DNA of 64,000 bases, taken from Octopus vulgaris. Its lineage: Eukaryota. The position numbers were made by a program, and so were the translations under genes. The stretch covers positions 54,436,001 to 54,500,000 of the forward strand of contig OX597814.1 in NCBI GenBank assembly GCA_951406725.2, written 5' to 3'. The notes under the pieces were generated by a model. That model was not told the DNA's origin, did not search any database, and saw only the letters and a program-made list of their open reading frames with translations. Of the stretch, positions 26,791-41,000 are shown in pieces. The stretch's first letter is position 1. Every line of letters begins with the position of its first letter.

Positions 26791-28990
26791 GTGAAAGTCA
26801 CACATAAGAGGCTGGTGACAAAAACATACCCAGTACACTGTGGAATGGGTAGCATTAGGCAGGGTATCCAGCCACAGAAACCAAGCCAAATAGACTAGAA
26901 TGGCTCTGCAGCTTAACAATTCCAGTCAAACCATCTTACTCATGTCAGCATAAAAAAAAAACAGATGCTAAATGATCATTTTTGTTCATGTGTGTGTGCC
27001 TGCAGGGCCAAACCAAGCTGAATGTCAAATCAGCCATGCTAGATCCTAAACATCCAAACAGGATACTGAGCGTTAGCATCTGCACTATCTTTCCAACCTG
27101 AAGAGAACTTGCCCACCACCAGTCTTGAAGGTCCTTCCTCTTCCATATTAAGCAGGAGAGAAACACACAAACAAATGATGGGGCTTCTTTCAGTTTCTAC
27201 CTATCAAATCCACTCACAAGGATTTGGTCAGCCCAGTGCTATAGCACAACACACTTTCCCAAAATTCCACGCAGTAGGACTGAACTGTTAACCACATGGT
27301 TGTAGAACAAACTTTTAACCATACAACCATGTCTACAATAAATAGACATGGCTGTGTGATAAGAAGCTTGCTTCCCAACTACATGGTTCTGGGTTTTGTC
27401 TCACTGCATGGCACCTCTGGGCAGGGATCTTCTATAGCCTTGGGCTGACCAAAGCCTTGTGAGTGGATAGACAGAAACTGAAAGAAGCCCGTCATATATT
27501 ATATAAGATTTAAGCCAAGTGGAATCAGTCGTGGCTGTTACCTGTGTCATGTAAATAGCATCAGTGTTGGTGGCATGTAAAAAGCACCTATTACACTCTT
27601 GGAATGGTTAGCATTAGGAAGGGCATCCAGCCATAGAAACCATGTTAAATCAGACTGGAATCTGGTGCAGTTCTCTGGTTTACTAGTTCTAGTCAAACTG
27701 TCTAACCTAAACCAGCATGGAAAACGGATGTTAAATGATGATGATATATATTTTACACACATATATGGAGATGTGTGTGCGTGTGTCCCCACCACCACTT
27801 GACAACTGGTGTGTTTATGTCACCATAACTTGGTTTGGTAAAAGTGACTGACAGAATAAGTACCAGACTTTAAAAAAAGTCCTAGAGTCAATTTGTTCAG
27901 CTAAAACCCTTCAAGGCAGTGCCCCAGTATGGCCACAGCCAAATGACAAGTAAAAGATATAAAAATACCAAGTATGTAAAGTTAGCAAACATACAGAATT
28001 TACATAATACTTCTACAGTAATTGTTTACATTATTATATTTGGTTATATAATTATACATGCTGAAACCAGCCAGATTCCACACTCTTACAGATATTTGAG
28101 AATGTATAAATTTCTACTTGTGGAAAATAGAGGGGGTGGGGAGAGGAGAAAAAAATGGGCGAGTCCATAAAACTTGTTTATCCAAGCTAGTTTCATAGAA
28201 TATCAAATTAATTTCACCAACTAGATCTTGAAAGAAAAATCTTGTTTAATAATAAACAAGGCCATTTTTTTTCAGCAAGGAGGTAGACTTCTTCGAATTA
28301 AATTTAGTGTTTTAGTTGAGGCTTATTTTATTGATTCTAGAAGATTGAGAGATAAAATTAATTATGGAAGAATCCGATTATACATGCATGTGCACACACA
28401 TAGAAACAAGGCTTAGAATTAAATTTATTGTTCTAGTTGAGGCTTATTTTATTAATTCTAGAAGAGTAAGAGGTAAAATTAATTAAAGAAGAATTTGAAC
28501 ATTATATATACATATATATATATATATATATACATACATACACATACATACATACATGTGTAAAGATGAAAAGGAACACACGAGTTGATATATATGAAAA
28601 AACAAGTCAGGATAGAAAATGCTAAAATAATTTTATAAAGAACATTTCAGAATCATTGCGTGTGGTGCGGGTTTGTTGTGCATGGTTGTTTAGCAGGTTG
28701 TTGGAACAAAAATTTTGTTGGTAACTCTTTTTGGGTGGGTGGGTGGGTGGGCGGGGGGAGGTTGCAGTGTCTGTCCTGTGGGTATTGATTTATCCTTTCT
28801 CTGTTTGAAGTGAGGGTATTCCCGATATTGTATCGCTGGTGGCTTACAAAGTTAGGGTTAGGTCCTGTATTCTTTTTTTTGATAGAAGTGATGGTTCTGA
28901 TTTTTAGACAGGTGTGTATCGGTGTTTGAATGCTGTTTTGATTTTCTTATTTTCTGGAAAAGATTGTTGGAAGCGTGCTCTGTTTGGAAT

Positions 28991-29035
<45 letters not shown>

Positions 29036-29384
29036 CACATACATACATATACACATACATGCACACTGGTAGTGCCCCAGCATGTAAAAGAACATATATA
29101 CATGCTCACCTACTAATAATCACTTGTTAAAACTCAGTGTGCATATGCTTTAGAGTAAAAGCATTAGATGAGTAAAGTGTGACATCAATTAATGAATGAC
29201 ATGATTATGTAACTCCTATCCTTTTTCATTCATTCAAAATTGGAAAAAAAAGGTTTTAGAAGTGAAATTTTTATAATTTCTCTTCTTTAATAGTTCTTGG
29301 AGCTGCAAATGCTATGCTCTTACAGGAAAGAACCTGCAAGCAAGCATTATATCAAGTAGTTGTTGCAGGATTTGATGACCAGAT

Positions 29385-29825
29385 CTAGTCATCAAATCTA
29401 AGTAGAGACTTCAAACTTAAAATCTTCAAAGCCACAGTCGAACCAATTCTACTATATGGCTCAGAAACCTGGACGTTATCAAAGAAGCTTGAGAGGCGGT
29501 TGGATGGAACCTACACTCGCCTCCTTATGAGAGCTCAAAATCTCTCGTGGAAGAGTCATCCAACCAAAATGCAAATATATGGGAAACTACCACCTGTGTC
29601 ATCTCTTGTGAAAGGTAGGAGAGTCCAGTTTGCTGGACATTGTTGTAGAGCTGAAAACGAGGTAATTTCTACTCTTCTCCTCTGGAAGCCATCTGCTCGC
29701 GATACCAGAGGGCACACACTCTCCTACCCTGATGTAATCTCCAGGGATACAGGCATCCAGCAACAGGACCTCCCTAATGCTATGATGGACTGTGAAGTCT
29801 GGCGTAGCATGGTAAATTCCATTGC
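29385..29825 (+). mobile_element. Relatively young 5'-truncated RTE-group LINE 3' end
   Basis: Open frame LKIFKATVEPILLYGSETWTLSKKLERRLDGTYTRLLMRAQNLSW...FAGHCCR; retains several CpGs. Confidence 0.85.
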
Positions 29826-31955
29826 AGAATTATTACACACAAACTTTCATACATGTGAGAAAGACCAAGTCCTGAAGGTATTGTGTGGTTGAACTTTGCC
29901 AGGTTTTAAAATAATTTCTAAAACATATCACAATGGTATTCTACATTCGTTTCCAAGTTTGAAAGCAAGCAATTTCTTCCCAAGAAAGAAAACAAGAGAA
30001 GAGTCAACCCCAGTTTTGATACTTTATGCATCTGCCCCAAAAGGATGAAAGGCAATTAGCTGATTTCAAATCTCACAGAAGTTAGTTGTAGTGCAGAGAG
30101 CCTGAATGAATACTGCAGGCATTCTACCTAATGCTCTATTGACTCAATATGCTCTCTTTACAGACACACACACACAATCATGGACTCTCATGTTAGATGA
30201 CATATGAGGATTCTACAATTTCTGGCTGAACAATCACACAGATTTGTTTATAGCAATCAAGTGTCTGTGTTCACATAAGCTCATTTCCTCCATCAAATCA
30301 ACATTACCTGTATAGGTGCTACATGTCAAATGATGAATTGATTGCAGGGCAACATGAAAGATTTTTGCTCAAGCAAACAATGCCCAGTCTGGAAATTGGA
30401 ATCACGATATTGCACTCATGAGTAATACCCTAACCACTAAGCCATGTGACACACACACACAAACCAATTTAACTTCTCTTGTACCTTGTGGGGCTATCTA
30501 AGTACCTCATCACCATTATCACTGAGCTCCTACAATTCATTTGTCTTTCTCTCCCCTTCCCCTACTGAACCTGCACTGCACCCCAACACACACACACTTC
30601 AGTTCACCCCCCCTCATTCACTAGCATGAAGCTGACCCCTACACTCTACTCCAGGGTTTATAGTTTGTAAGCTGCATGGTGACCTCAGTAGAGCAAGTGG
30701 CATGTAAAAAAACAACCAGTCCATGCAGTAAATTAGTTGGCATTAGGAAGAGCATCCAACTGTAGAAACCATGCTAAAACAGACATGGAGCCCTATGGAT
30801 CAAAGATGCTAAATGATTATACATATATATATATATATATATATTCAAATTTCTTATAAACTTATACGAAAATGATCAACTTTTTTCTACAAAATGAGAA
30901 TTTAGATATTATATGGTTGTATTTCTTTTCATTATGTGTGATATATGCAAAAATACTTTGAATATAAAAAATTTTAACTATAAAAAAAATTTTAATAAAA
31001 TAAAAACTGAGTATTTATAAATTAAAATGTCAATTGAATTTGTAGAAAAATGTTATACTTGAATTTTATTCTGACTTGTTTCTATTTTATTTCAGGTCTT
31101 CACAATAAAGTTTACGCTATTTTATTTAAAAAAAATGAAAGGTGTGAACAATGAGGAAGCGTCTTAGATGAAAGAAGTGCAAACTATGAATTTTTTTTTT
31201 TTTTTTTTTGTTTTAAATCCTGCAGCAATTTACATGAAATCATGTAACATCATAAATCTTCAGTTAATTTTAATATCTTCTTTGTCTAATGAAGAAAATA
31301 TTTAAAGAATCTTAAAAAGAATCCCACTGGAAACATTTGAAAAAAGGTGTTCATGATAATTCTTCTGGGGCTGTCAATTCTTTTTTTTTTCCTCACTTTC
31401 AGTTTGAAGTATTGTATTTCTGTTATAAATCTTCAGTTTTTGTTTTAAGAAAAAAAAAAAAAAAAAAAAAAAGAAATTATACAAAAATACAATACATAAA
31501 AAATATAAAAAGTATATATAAATATACTTCATAAATATGTATACAAATGAATTTTTAAATTTCATAAAAAACAAAATTCAAATGATTTCATGGCTCAAGA
31601 TGGATGGGAGGGAATGAAAATTTTAAATTAGAACATTGTGCAGTAATATCAAAAACTTAACACATTCTTATATAACTAAAAACTAGTTATAATTTCGAAA
31701 AATTACCCGGTGTTTTATCTCTTGTTAAATGTTGTTTTCCAAAGTAACAAAACCCTCTTTATATATATGTTTATACATATTACCCCATGTTATATATACC
31801 CACAAACAGTGGTATTGTTTTTGTTTGGTTCCAGTTGAGAACATATCTGTTATGATGTTGGACTGGTGTCAAATTGTTATGTATTACCTCATAACTCACC
31901 TTCTGTCTCAAAGAGATTGCCAGTAAAACAAAATTTATTCCTAACATTTATTTCA

Positions 31956-32034
31956 TCAATAGCAGTTTTCCTTCCATAACACAGTTTCCTTTTGGAATTT
32001 GCTTTGTTTATACATTTGTTGACTGACACTCATC
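31956..32034 (-). CDS. Coiled-coil gene terminal exon L (KMSVSQQMY...KENCY*)
   Basis: ttttattcttacag|, phase 2 entry, TGA at 31958-31956, minus-strand AATAAA about 20 nt downstream. Confidence 0.8.
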
Positions 32035-35000
32035 CTGTAAGAATAAAACAAGAGGTTAGCAAGAATGACTGTGCAAGACTGTGTGGTTAAGAAATTCACT
32101 TTGCAACCATGTGGGTCTTCATTCAAGTCCACTGAGCAGCACCTTGGGCAAAAGTTTTCCATGATAGCCTTGGTTTAACTGATACCTTGTAAGTGGAATT
32201 TGATAGATGATAACTTGTAGAAGCCCACTATTTTATATATGCATGTATGTGTGTGTGTGTGTGTGTGTCCTTATATTGGCAATAGATGTAAATATCAATT
32301 AACTGATTATTTTTTGAGCAAAGTCTACCCAAGTTACACATTTTCCCCTTATCACTCATTACAGTAAACAAGTGAATGATGCATTGGGAACCTGTAACCA
32401 ATGACATTTGTTCATTAATTGGAATTTAAAATACAAATAATATATAACAGTCCCATTTCAGTTAGTAGTTGTTTAGCACCAGATCAGTCCTAACTGAGCT
32501 GGACTAAGATCAAAAAGCATTCCAGCTGTGACCATCTCATTTTTCAGACACAGTATGTCTAGAATTACATTATTTAATGTAGTCTTTTTTTTTTTTTTAA
32601 ATAAATAGAGCAAGATTTTGCTATTTTTTTTAGTAGGTTGAGCAATTACATAAAAACTCAACTTCAATTTAGTCCTTAACATTAGCAGATCATATCTTTC
32701 TATATGAAAGTAGAAAAAAAATTTTTTTGAAAGAAATTCAGTGTTGTGATACAAAACAGTGATAATCAAATTTCATCGTAATCCTTGAATCAAATCTTTG
32801 GCAAAATTGTCACATCTGAACTTCATTGAGCCACAACCAATCTCTCATTCTACATCTTGAGTATATTTCAGCTTGTACGAGTCACAAAAATATATAAAAC
32901 TTAAAGCCATGTCACAATGTGAATCTTGTGGCTATTCACTTACATCAAAATTAAACAGCATTATATATTTGTCAATAATAATGATCTCTAAGAACAGTAT
33001 GAACAATAAGTACTTACTTTGATAATTTGTTTATTTTCTCTAATTGATAAATCTTTTGATGTGCCATTTTTAAATCATCTTCAAGTTGACTTTTCTCCCT
33101 TGCTATTTGCATCAGTTTAGAATTTTTAGTTTCAATTAAATCTTCCAGATTCTATAAATAAAACCCAGAAGCAAAACTGTTTATGAATCTGGTATCAAAA
33201 TAATAACTTATATGAAAATTAATTTCACTGGTATGAATTATTTAAATTGGATTGAGTTTCTTTCTTTTTTTTTTACAAACAGATAAAGTTACAGATAGCA
33301 AAGATAATTTATGTTTATACCAATCAAGGCTGTGATATAATTTATATTTATGAAAAATAGTTTACACTGTTTATCTATATAATATCCTGATATTAAAACA
33401 TAGGACTTCCATTTTATCAAACAGTGTTTAAGTTTCTTGTATTAGACCAGACAGTACATCATCTTAATAGCCTGTTAACCATGGCAAGAGAGCTTTGGAA
33501 AGTTTAGGAACAGTGAGCTGATATGACATTATCTCTCTAAAATTCTTATTCAGAAAATGTCTCAATTCTTTAATGTTTGAAATAACACTCATTTTTTAAA
33601 AAATTTGTAATGATAAAATATATTTAAGTGAATGGTATTTTAACCAAATTTGGATCCATCAGTATTTTGTTGTCAGTATAGAAATGCTTAGAATGGTTGA
33701 AAATTTTGTATTTTTTGTCACCCTCCCTGTAATTCTTCCCATTATTTCTAATATCAGTATTGTGTAAATATCTATATTCTCAATGCTTCCAAACCCTTTT
33801 AGTCTATAATAACTGATTTAAGACCATCCTGTTAAATTACTTTGTCTATTATTGTTATCCATAATTTTCCATTAAAATGATTTAAAAATGAAACACATAA
33901 GTCATATCTGTAAAAATCCTTAAAGCACTTGATCAAAACCTATTTTCTTGAAGTGCACTAAGGACACACTTCATTTTATCACATCTCACCGTCATCAATC
34001 TATAAAGGCAAGTTGCCTACTTGTGCTGCATCATGCATCAACCTGGTTGTTAAAATTACTAAGTGGTTCAATGCAAGAAATGTTTATTTCTAAAATAAAC
34101 AACACTTTAATCATTCCGTTTACAATATTTTCAAATTATAATGGAATAAATAATTGAAATAAACCTTGTAGTTTTAAATTAATGAATCTTGTTTGTTTTT
34201 ATTTCTATGCATCAACACATACAAGAATATTCATCATGTTAGCAAAATCAAATATTCCTTTAACTCTTTAGCATTCAACCCAGCCATGTCTGGCCAAAAT
34301 AACCTATTTTATATTGAAACTGGCTAGATCCAGCTTCTCACCTCAATCCTACAATGCCATTCTAAAACTAAACAATCATTATTGAAATCTCAAAGCTATA
34401 AGATAATGCATGATTAATTCAAAACAATGTAAATAAATGAACATATTTGACAGAGTAACCTGAATCCTATCATGACGTTGATCTCACATATTACATTTCT
34501 AAACTTGCACCTCCAAAACTGTTTTGTCTTCATGGTCAGGCACTAAGCCAGAACAGCTGCTAAGCTTATACAAGGCCTTGCATTATAGTATTGCTCCAAT
34601 ATATGGATGATATCACTGCTATATGTACATTGTTGACTATATCCAAAGGAAGAGTGACTAATCAAATCTTCACTCATCAATACACTGTGACTATTAGTAT
34701 TAATGAACTATAACTGCCTTTATTCTTTTCTGTCATTAATACTGTACAATGGTTCTTGTTTAGAAAGTTGTGTAATCCAGTTCATTTGCTTTTCTTCTGT
34801 ATTTTTAAGCTCCGAATACTTTGTTCAAACATTTCTCGAACTGCATACCTCTGGAATTCCTTCCTGACTCAAATTTTTTCAGTTGAGGTCACTCTACAGA
34901 AATTTAAACTGAACATCAATTTTCTCAACTTTACTACTCTGAAAGGGCCTTTAAGGGGCTTCCAGATCAGCTCTTTCCTACTGGAGGGCCTTCAAAAGGC

Positions 35001-38000
35001 TCTCAGATTAGCTCTTAAACTAAATTTCTTTTTATTTAAAAAAAAATAAAAAAACCTTCCTCCCACAATTCTCAGAGTTGAAATATAAATCAAATGATAA
35101 TACTCCAGCCACAAAAAAACACCCAGGTTTGATGTGCACCTCTAGATTGTAAGGGGCTGTAATTCAATGTAGAGGAAGTCAATGAACCAGCTTATCTATT
35201 TGAGTCACTGAATAAGTTTGTTTTGAAAAATTTCAGTTTCCCCATATTAACAAACTAACTACATTCTAACTTCAGATATCACAGTTCAAAATGTACTAGA
35301 CAACGCTAATATAAGTGACCATTGTATATCATCTTTCAAATCGTAAGTGGTTTCACTGAAACAATAATTTATTATATAAATTTACAGCAAATCTGTACCA
35401 GTTAATCATATTCCTACTCTGATGGTTCTCAACCTATAGTAGCTCATCATTCCTTTTCAGGGAATGGTGTTTTACAAATGGTACCTCCCAGGTTTTGAAT
35501 GAGAGAAAGAAAAAAAACACATTAAATTAAACAGAAGTTTATACATTGGTATATCACCCATATTTTATAGTATCCCATCCACCATGTTGTTCTTTTTAAA
35601 TATTTGTGTGCATTAGTGTCTCCTATGTTATGAAGATGCAAAATGAGAATTTATATTGCGAAATATTGGATCTTGGTGCATCATTAATTATGCTTTCTGC
35701 TCACAGATAATATCTGACCCCACTTAATTCTGAGATTTTTTTGAAAAGGTCTTTAAAGCAATTGTACTTGATTTTTCTTTGAAATAAAATATTAAGACTA
35801 TAAGATCCCTTTTAACATTCTCACAAAACCCCTCAACATTTGTGTTTGTGAGCTTACACTGTCCCAAAGGTGGTATTATTGCCCAAATTGAAATCCACTG
35901 GTCTTCTAACACTATTCTTTTTTGTTGCATGAATCATAAAAATTTAAACTGCCTCGGCATATATCTAACAAAATTTATATAAATTGCCCAGAGAACAAAG
36001 TCTTTATTCTGCAGTTTAAAAAGGCACTATACATCAGTCTTTACAGGGTAGCATCTTAAAACTTTTAGAAATATCAATATTTACCATAATCTCTTCTATA
36101 AGAGGTTTAATTTGTCTTTCATTTTCAGAGCTTTTGTTGAAAGTATCTTGTGTGCCGTGATAGTGCATATAATGTACATTTCTAATGCTTCCATTCATTT
36201 TTTGCAGATAATACCTATGTTTAATGTCTTTAATCTGTTTTAGAAACCTGAAAAGAGAGCATGTTATTGACAAAAAAGACCTTGTATTTAAAAAAATAAA
36301 AATTCAGAATATAGCTTTGTGTATCAAGGGCATATTCTGTCAAGTCATTTATCTTAAAAGAATTTAATATTAAGTATGTTGGAGTTATTTCTGAAAATAG
36401 TAATTGTTAGTTAATAAATTGGTTATGACAGCTCAGTAGTAGCTAAAAATGATTATTCAATGTCAAAAACGATTCAGATAATATATAGCTATAATATCCC
36501 GCAAAGTATATGAAACTTCTAGAACTTTAGCAATATATCACAGTGTATGTTCAATAAACTTTAGTCCCTGTAGTTGCAGACAACCCCTGCGATTAGTGGT
36601 TGAGGAAGATACTGACACTAGTTTTCAACTAGATAAACTTGCCAGAAAATTTATTTTAATTAATTTCACATTCAAATGATATAAATTCAAAATATCTAAT
36701 GTTTGGTATTTTCCTCTCCAAATTATTTGTTATTGGCAATTTTCCTTTATGTGCTGAAGAAATTAGTGTTGTGATGTGCGTTCTTGACCTTCTTAAGAGG
36801 AGTAACTATAACTAAAAATAGAATCTCTCTCTTCTGATTAATCGTTGTATATATATCTACAGCAGTTACCATCACAGTATATTTATTGGAAATTATATTA
36901 CAAAGTCTAGAAAAAGCGAAGTGTGTTTGCCTTGGTATGACTTGGATCTGAAACAAGATTCTGTGTCTGGGAATATACTCAACTATCACAGCATTTATGT
37001 GAACATGAGATTTATGTGTAATTATCTCACATCAAAAGAAGCAGTACTCACTTTTTTTCAGTTGCCTGTAATTCTACTTTTAAAAGTGTATTCACTAATT
37101 GGAAAAGTGTCATATCAGAAGTAGGAAGATCTGAAGAAGAATATTTCAAATAATGTAGACAAGATAGAGAACATTAAATTGATTTTTTATTTATATATAT
37201 ATATATATATTTCATCATTTTAACATCTACTTTTCTATGTTTGCAGAGTCAGACAGGGGTAGTTTGGAGTTCACTATGGTTAGTAGCCCTTCCTGAATCT
37301 AACCCCCACTTGTTTCCAAGTGAAGTAGTAATTTCCCAGTTCCAACAAACACAAAAATGAGCTTTTTTGTTTACAAAAACTGTGCAACATGTCAAGACAT
37401 ACCAAGAAGCCTAGCCATGCTTTCATAGTAAACTGCAGGCAAATGACATTATTAGCAAAGTGATTGCTTCCAGCCAATGAATGAAATGCACATGAGGACA
37501 CAAGGGAAATAGGATAGATATATAGCGGGTGTATGTGTGTGTGTGTGTGTGCATGTGCATATATATATATATATAGACTTCTTTCAGTTTTCAGCTACAA
37601 AATCCATTCCAGAGGTATAGAGACATGTATACAAGTACAAAGATAAGTATTGTAAATATATACACATGTATATAGCTGCACAAACATGTAAATATACATA
37701 TGTATTCTCATGCCACATAAGTAAAGCCTAGTAATTTGCATGTCTCATATTGGTAAGGAAAAGAATATATTAGTGAATAGGATGTCAGTGTTAAGCTATA
37801 TATTTTTACATTCATAAAAAAAAACCCATAAGAAATTAACTTTAGTTGACTAAATCAACTCTAGTGGTAGATGGTCACTTCATGTATCAACCCTGGATAG
37901 ATGGTACTCCAGAGTTACACATCCCAATCTTGGGATTTTAACCCAGAATATAGATGTATGAAACTAAATCCCTTAATCCTTGTCTATTGCTTTGCTATTT

Positions 38001-41000
38001 TTGCCATTTCATTGCTTTTAAATATAACTGACAATTAGGAAAGCATTTGGCATTATGAAGGGCATCCAGCTGTAGAAGCCATGCCAAATCAGATTGGAAC
38101 TTGGTGCAATTTCCCAGTTTTCAGTCAAACCATGTCTGCATGGAAAAATGTTAAATGATGATGATGAATTACTAAAAGCTGTCTTTTTCATAATTTAAAC
38201 ATTTCATAAACTAATGGAGCAAAAACGCAAACCAATTAAATAGTTCAAACTTATCCTTTATCCTTTGCTTGTCTCAGTCACTGGACTGCAGCCATCCTGG
38301 AGGATCACCTTGAAAGGTTTAGTCAAATCAACCCCAGTTCTTTTTTTTTTTTTAACTGGTACTTATTTTATTGGCACTAAGTTACGGAGATGTAAACACA
38401 CCAACACCAGTTGTCAAGTAATGTGGGGAGACAAACACAGCTACATACATACATACATGCACACACTGGGACTGAACCCAGAACCATGTGGTTAGGAAAC
38501 AACTTACCACACAGACATCTTTAAAAATTGTGATATTCTATAATTTAGGGGCCCACTATGCAACTCTTAAGGGATCAACACTTTTTCCCCAATATTTAGA
38601 ATAAAATAATATATTGGTGTAGGTGTAGCTGTGTGATTAAGAAGTTTAATTCTCAACCATATGGTCTAGTTATTGAATTCAGTCCCACTATATGTCACTT
38701 TGGGAAAGTGTCTTCTATAGTCCCCAGGCCTTGCAAGTGAACTTGGTAAATTGAAACTGAAAGAAGCTCATCATGATATATGTATGTATATATATATATA
38801 TATACATACATATACATACATACATACATGTATGTATGTATATATATATGTATGTATGTATGTATGTATAGATATATGTATGTATGTATATATATATATA
38901 TACATATGTATGTATGTATATATATATATACATATGTATGTATGTATATATATATATACATATGTATGTATGTATATATATATACATGTATGTATGTATA
39001 TATATACATGTATATATGTATATATATACATGTATATATGTATATATATACATGTATATATGTATATATATACATGTATATATGTATATATATACATGTA
39101 TATATGTATATATATACATGTATATATGTATATATATACATGTATATATGTATATATATACATGTATATATGTATATATATACATGTATGTATGTATATA
39201 TATATACATGTATGTATGTATATATATATACATGTATGTATGTATATATACATGTATGTATGTATATATATACATACATGTATGTGTATATATATATATA
39301 TACACATACATACATACATATACATACATACACATACATACATACATACATACACATACATACATACATACATATATATACATACATACATACATACATA
39401 TACATATATACATACACATACATATACATACATACACACGTACGTACGTACGTATGTGTGTGCGTGTGTGCGTGTGTGCGTGTGTGTGTACATGTCACAT
39501 GGTTTTGTAAATGACCGTCATTTGTTTTCAGTATTATACTGTATGTCTGGCCATGGGGAAATAATTACTGTGCTTGGAAATAGGTATGGGTTGGTGTTGG
39601 AAAATGGCATCTGGCCATTAGGAAAATCTGCCTCAATGAACTCCTGTCAACCCATGCAAGCATCAGAAAGTTAGTATGAAAATGATATAATTATCAAAAC
39701 TATATCATCATTAAAATGGTGATATGATTAACATCAAAACTATTTTTATGACACACTATAAAAGAATTCATGACATTGTTTTCTATTCTTGTCTAAGTCA
39801 CATGATATGACATCTAGGATATTTTCATCCTTATTGGATATAACTACAATTAAAAGGGAAAGAAATGTTATTGTTAGGAATGAGGTAATACTAGGAAGGG
39901 TTATAGAGCTCCATGAATCAACCCCAATATCTGACAATAGGGAAGTACTTGATTCCAACTGGAGAGAGGGTGCCAAACTAATTGAAGAAATTTAGCTTTA
40001 ACAATTTGGCTGTAAATTTATTTGTTTTATAATACAGACCATTCCAAATAATCTAATTGTGATTACAAGTTAACACCAAAGTAAAACAATGTTGATTTAT
40101 GTTAAGAAAAAACTGAAAACAAAAAAAGTTTCTGTGAAAATGAGATTTGCAATAACTCTTTAGCTAAGTTTCTTTCTCTCTCTCTCCATTTTCACCTTAC
40201 ATTTCTTTTTCTTTCACCTCTTCTAGTTTGTGTGAAACTAGAAGTAAAAATAAAGACGTACCTATAACTAAGAATAGAATCTCTCTCTTCAGATTAATTC
40301 CTGGAAATATACCAATACAATAGTTACCATCACAGTATTTTTACTGAAATTTATTTTACTAAGTCTAGAAAAAAACAAAGCTTCAACATTAAAAAGAAAA
40401 GTTTTTACTAAGTAATAACTATACCTGAGATTTACCTGACAATCAGCAAGAACTTGTTCCTACTAAGTGGGTACAACAGTGAATTCAATTAGTTTGGCAC
40501 CTTCTCTCCAGTTGGAATCAAGTACTTCCCTATTGTCAGATATTGGGGTTGATCCATGGAGCTCTATAACCCTTCCTAGTATTACCTCATTCCTAACAAT
40601 AACATTTCTTTCCCTTTTAATTGTAATTATATCCAATAAGGATGAAAATATCCTAGATGTCATATCATGTGACTTAGACAAGAATAGAAAACAATGTCAT
40701 GAATTCATTTTTAACAACCTTAAAAGGTTGAAAAACTAAGAAATTAAAAAGATATCTAAGTACTGTAAATCAGTGGTTCCCAAAGTGGATGGTACTGCCC
40801 ACCTGGGGGAAGTAGATAGATGAGGAAACATTGAAGAAAAGTGGAAGGATCATGCAGTAGCCAAAAGCGTGAAACTAGGAGAGGTGAAAGACAGAGATAA
40901 AGGAATGTAAGGTGAAAATGGAGAGAGGGAGAAACCTAGCTAAGGAGGTATTACAACACATCAAAATCTTCACAGAAACTTTTGTTTTATTCTATGTTTT

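Noticed and set aside
23410-31140. Scattered plus-strand acceptor-like sites (about 23422, 29293, 31096) suggesting a third gene
   Set aside because: I could not chain them into a consistent coding model; a lncRNA cannot be excluded.
38695-39674. Six overlapping 200-300 aa ORFs rich in Y/I/M/C/V/H/T
   Set aside because: Translations of a stop-free microsatellite.
40425-40465. Possible extra exon of the coiled-coil gene (tag|GAACAAG...CAG|gt)
   Set aside because: Phase-1 entry from exon H hits TGA; exon I at 37130-37052 already bridges the phases.
39746-40739. Paired 68-90 aa ORFs on opposite strands ([10 protein letters not shown]...)
   Set aside because: By-products of the 223-bp inverted duplication of a repeat fragment; no splice or codon support.
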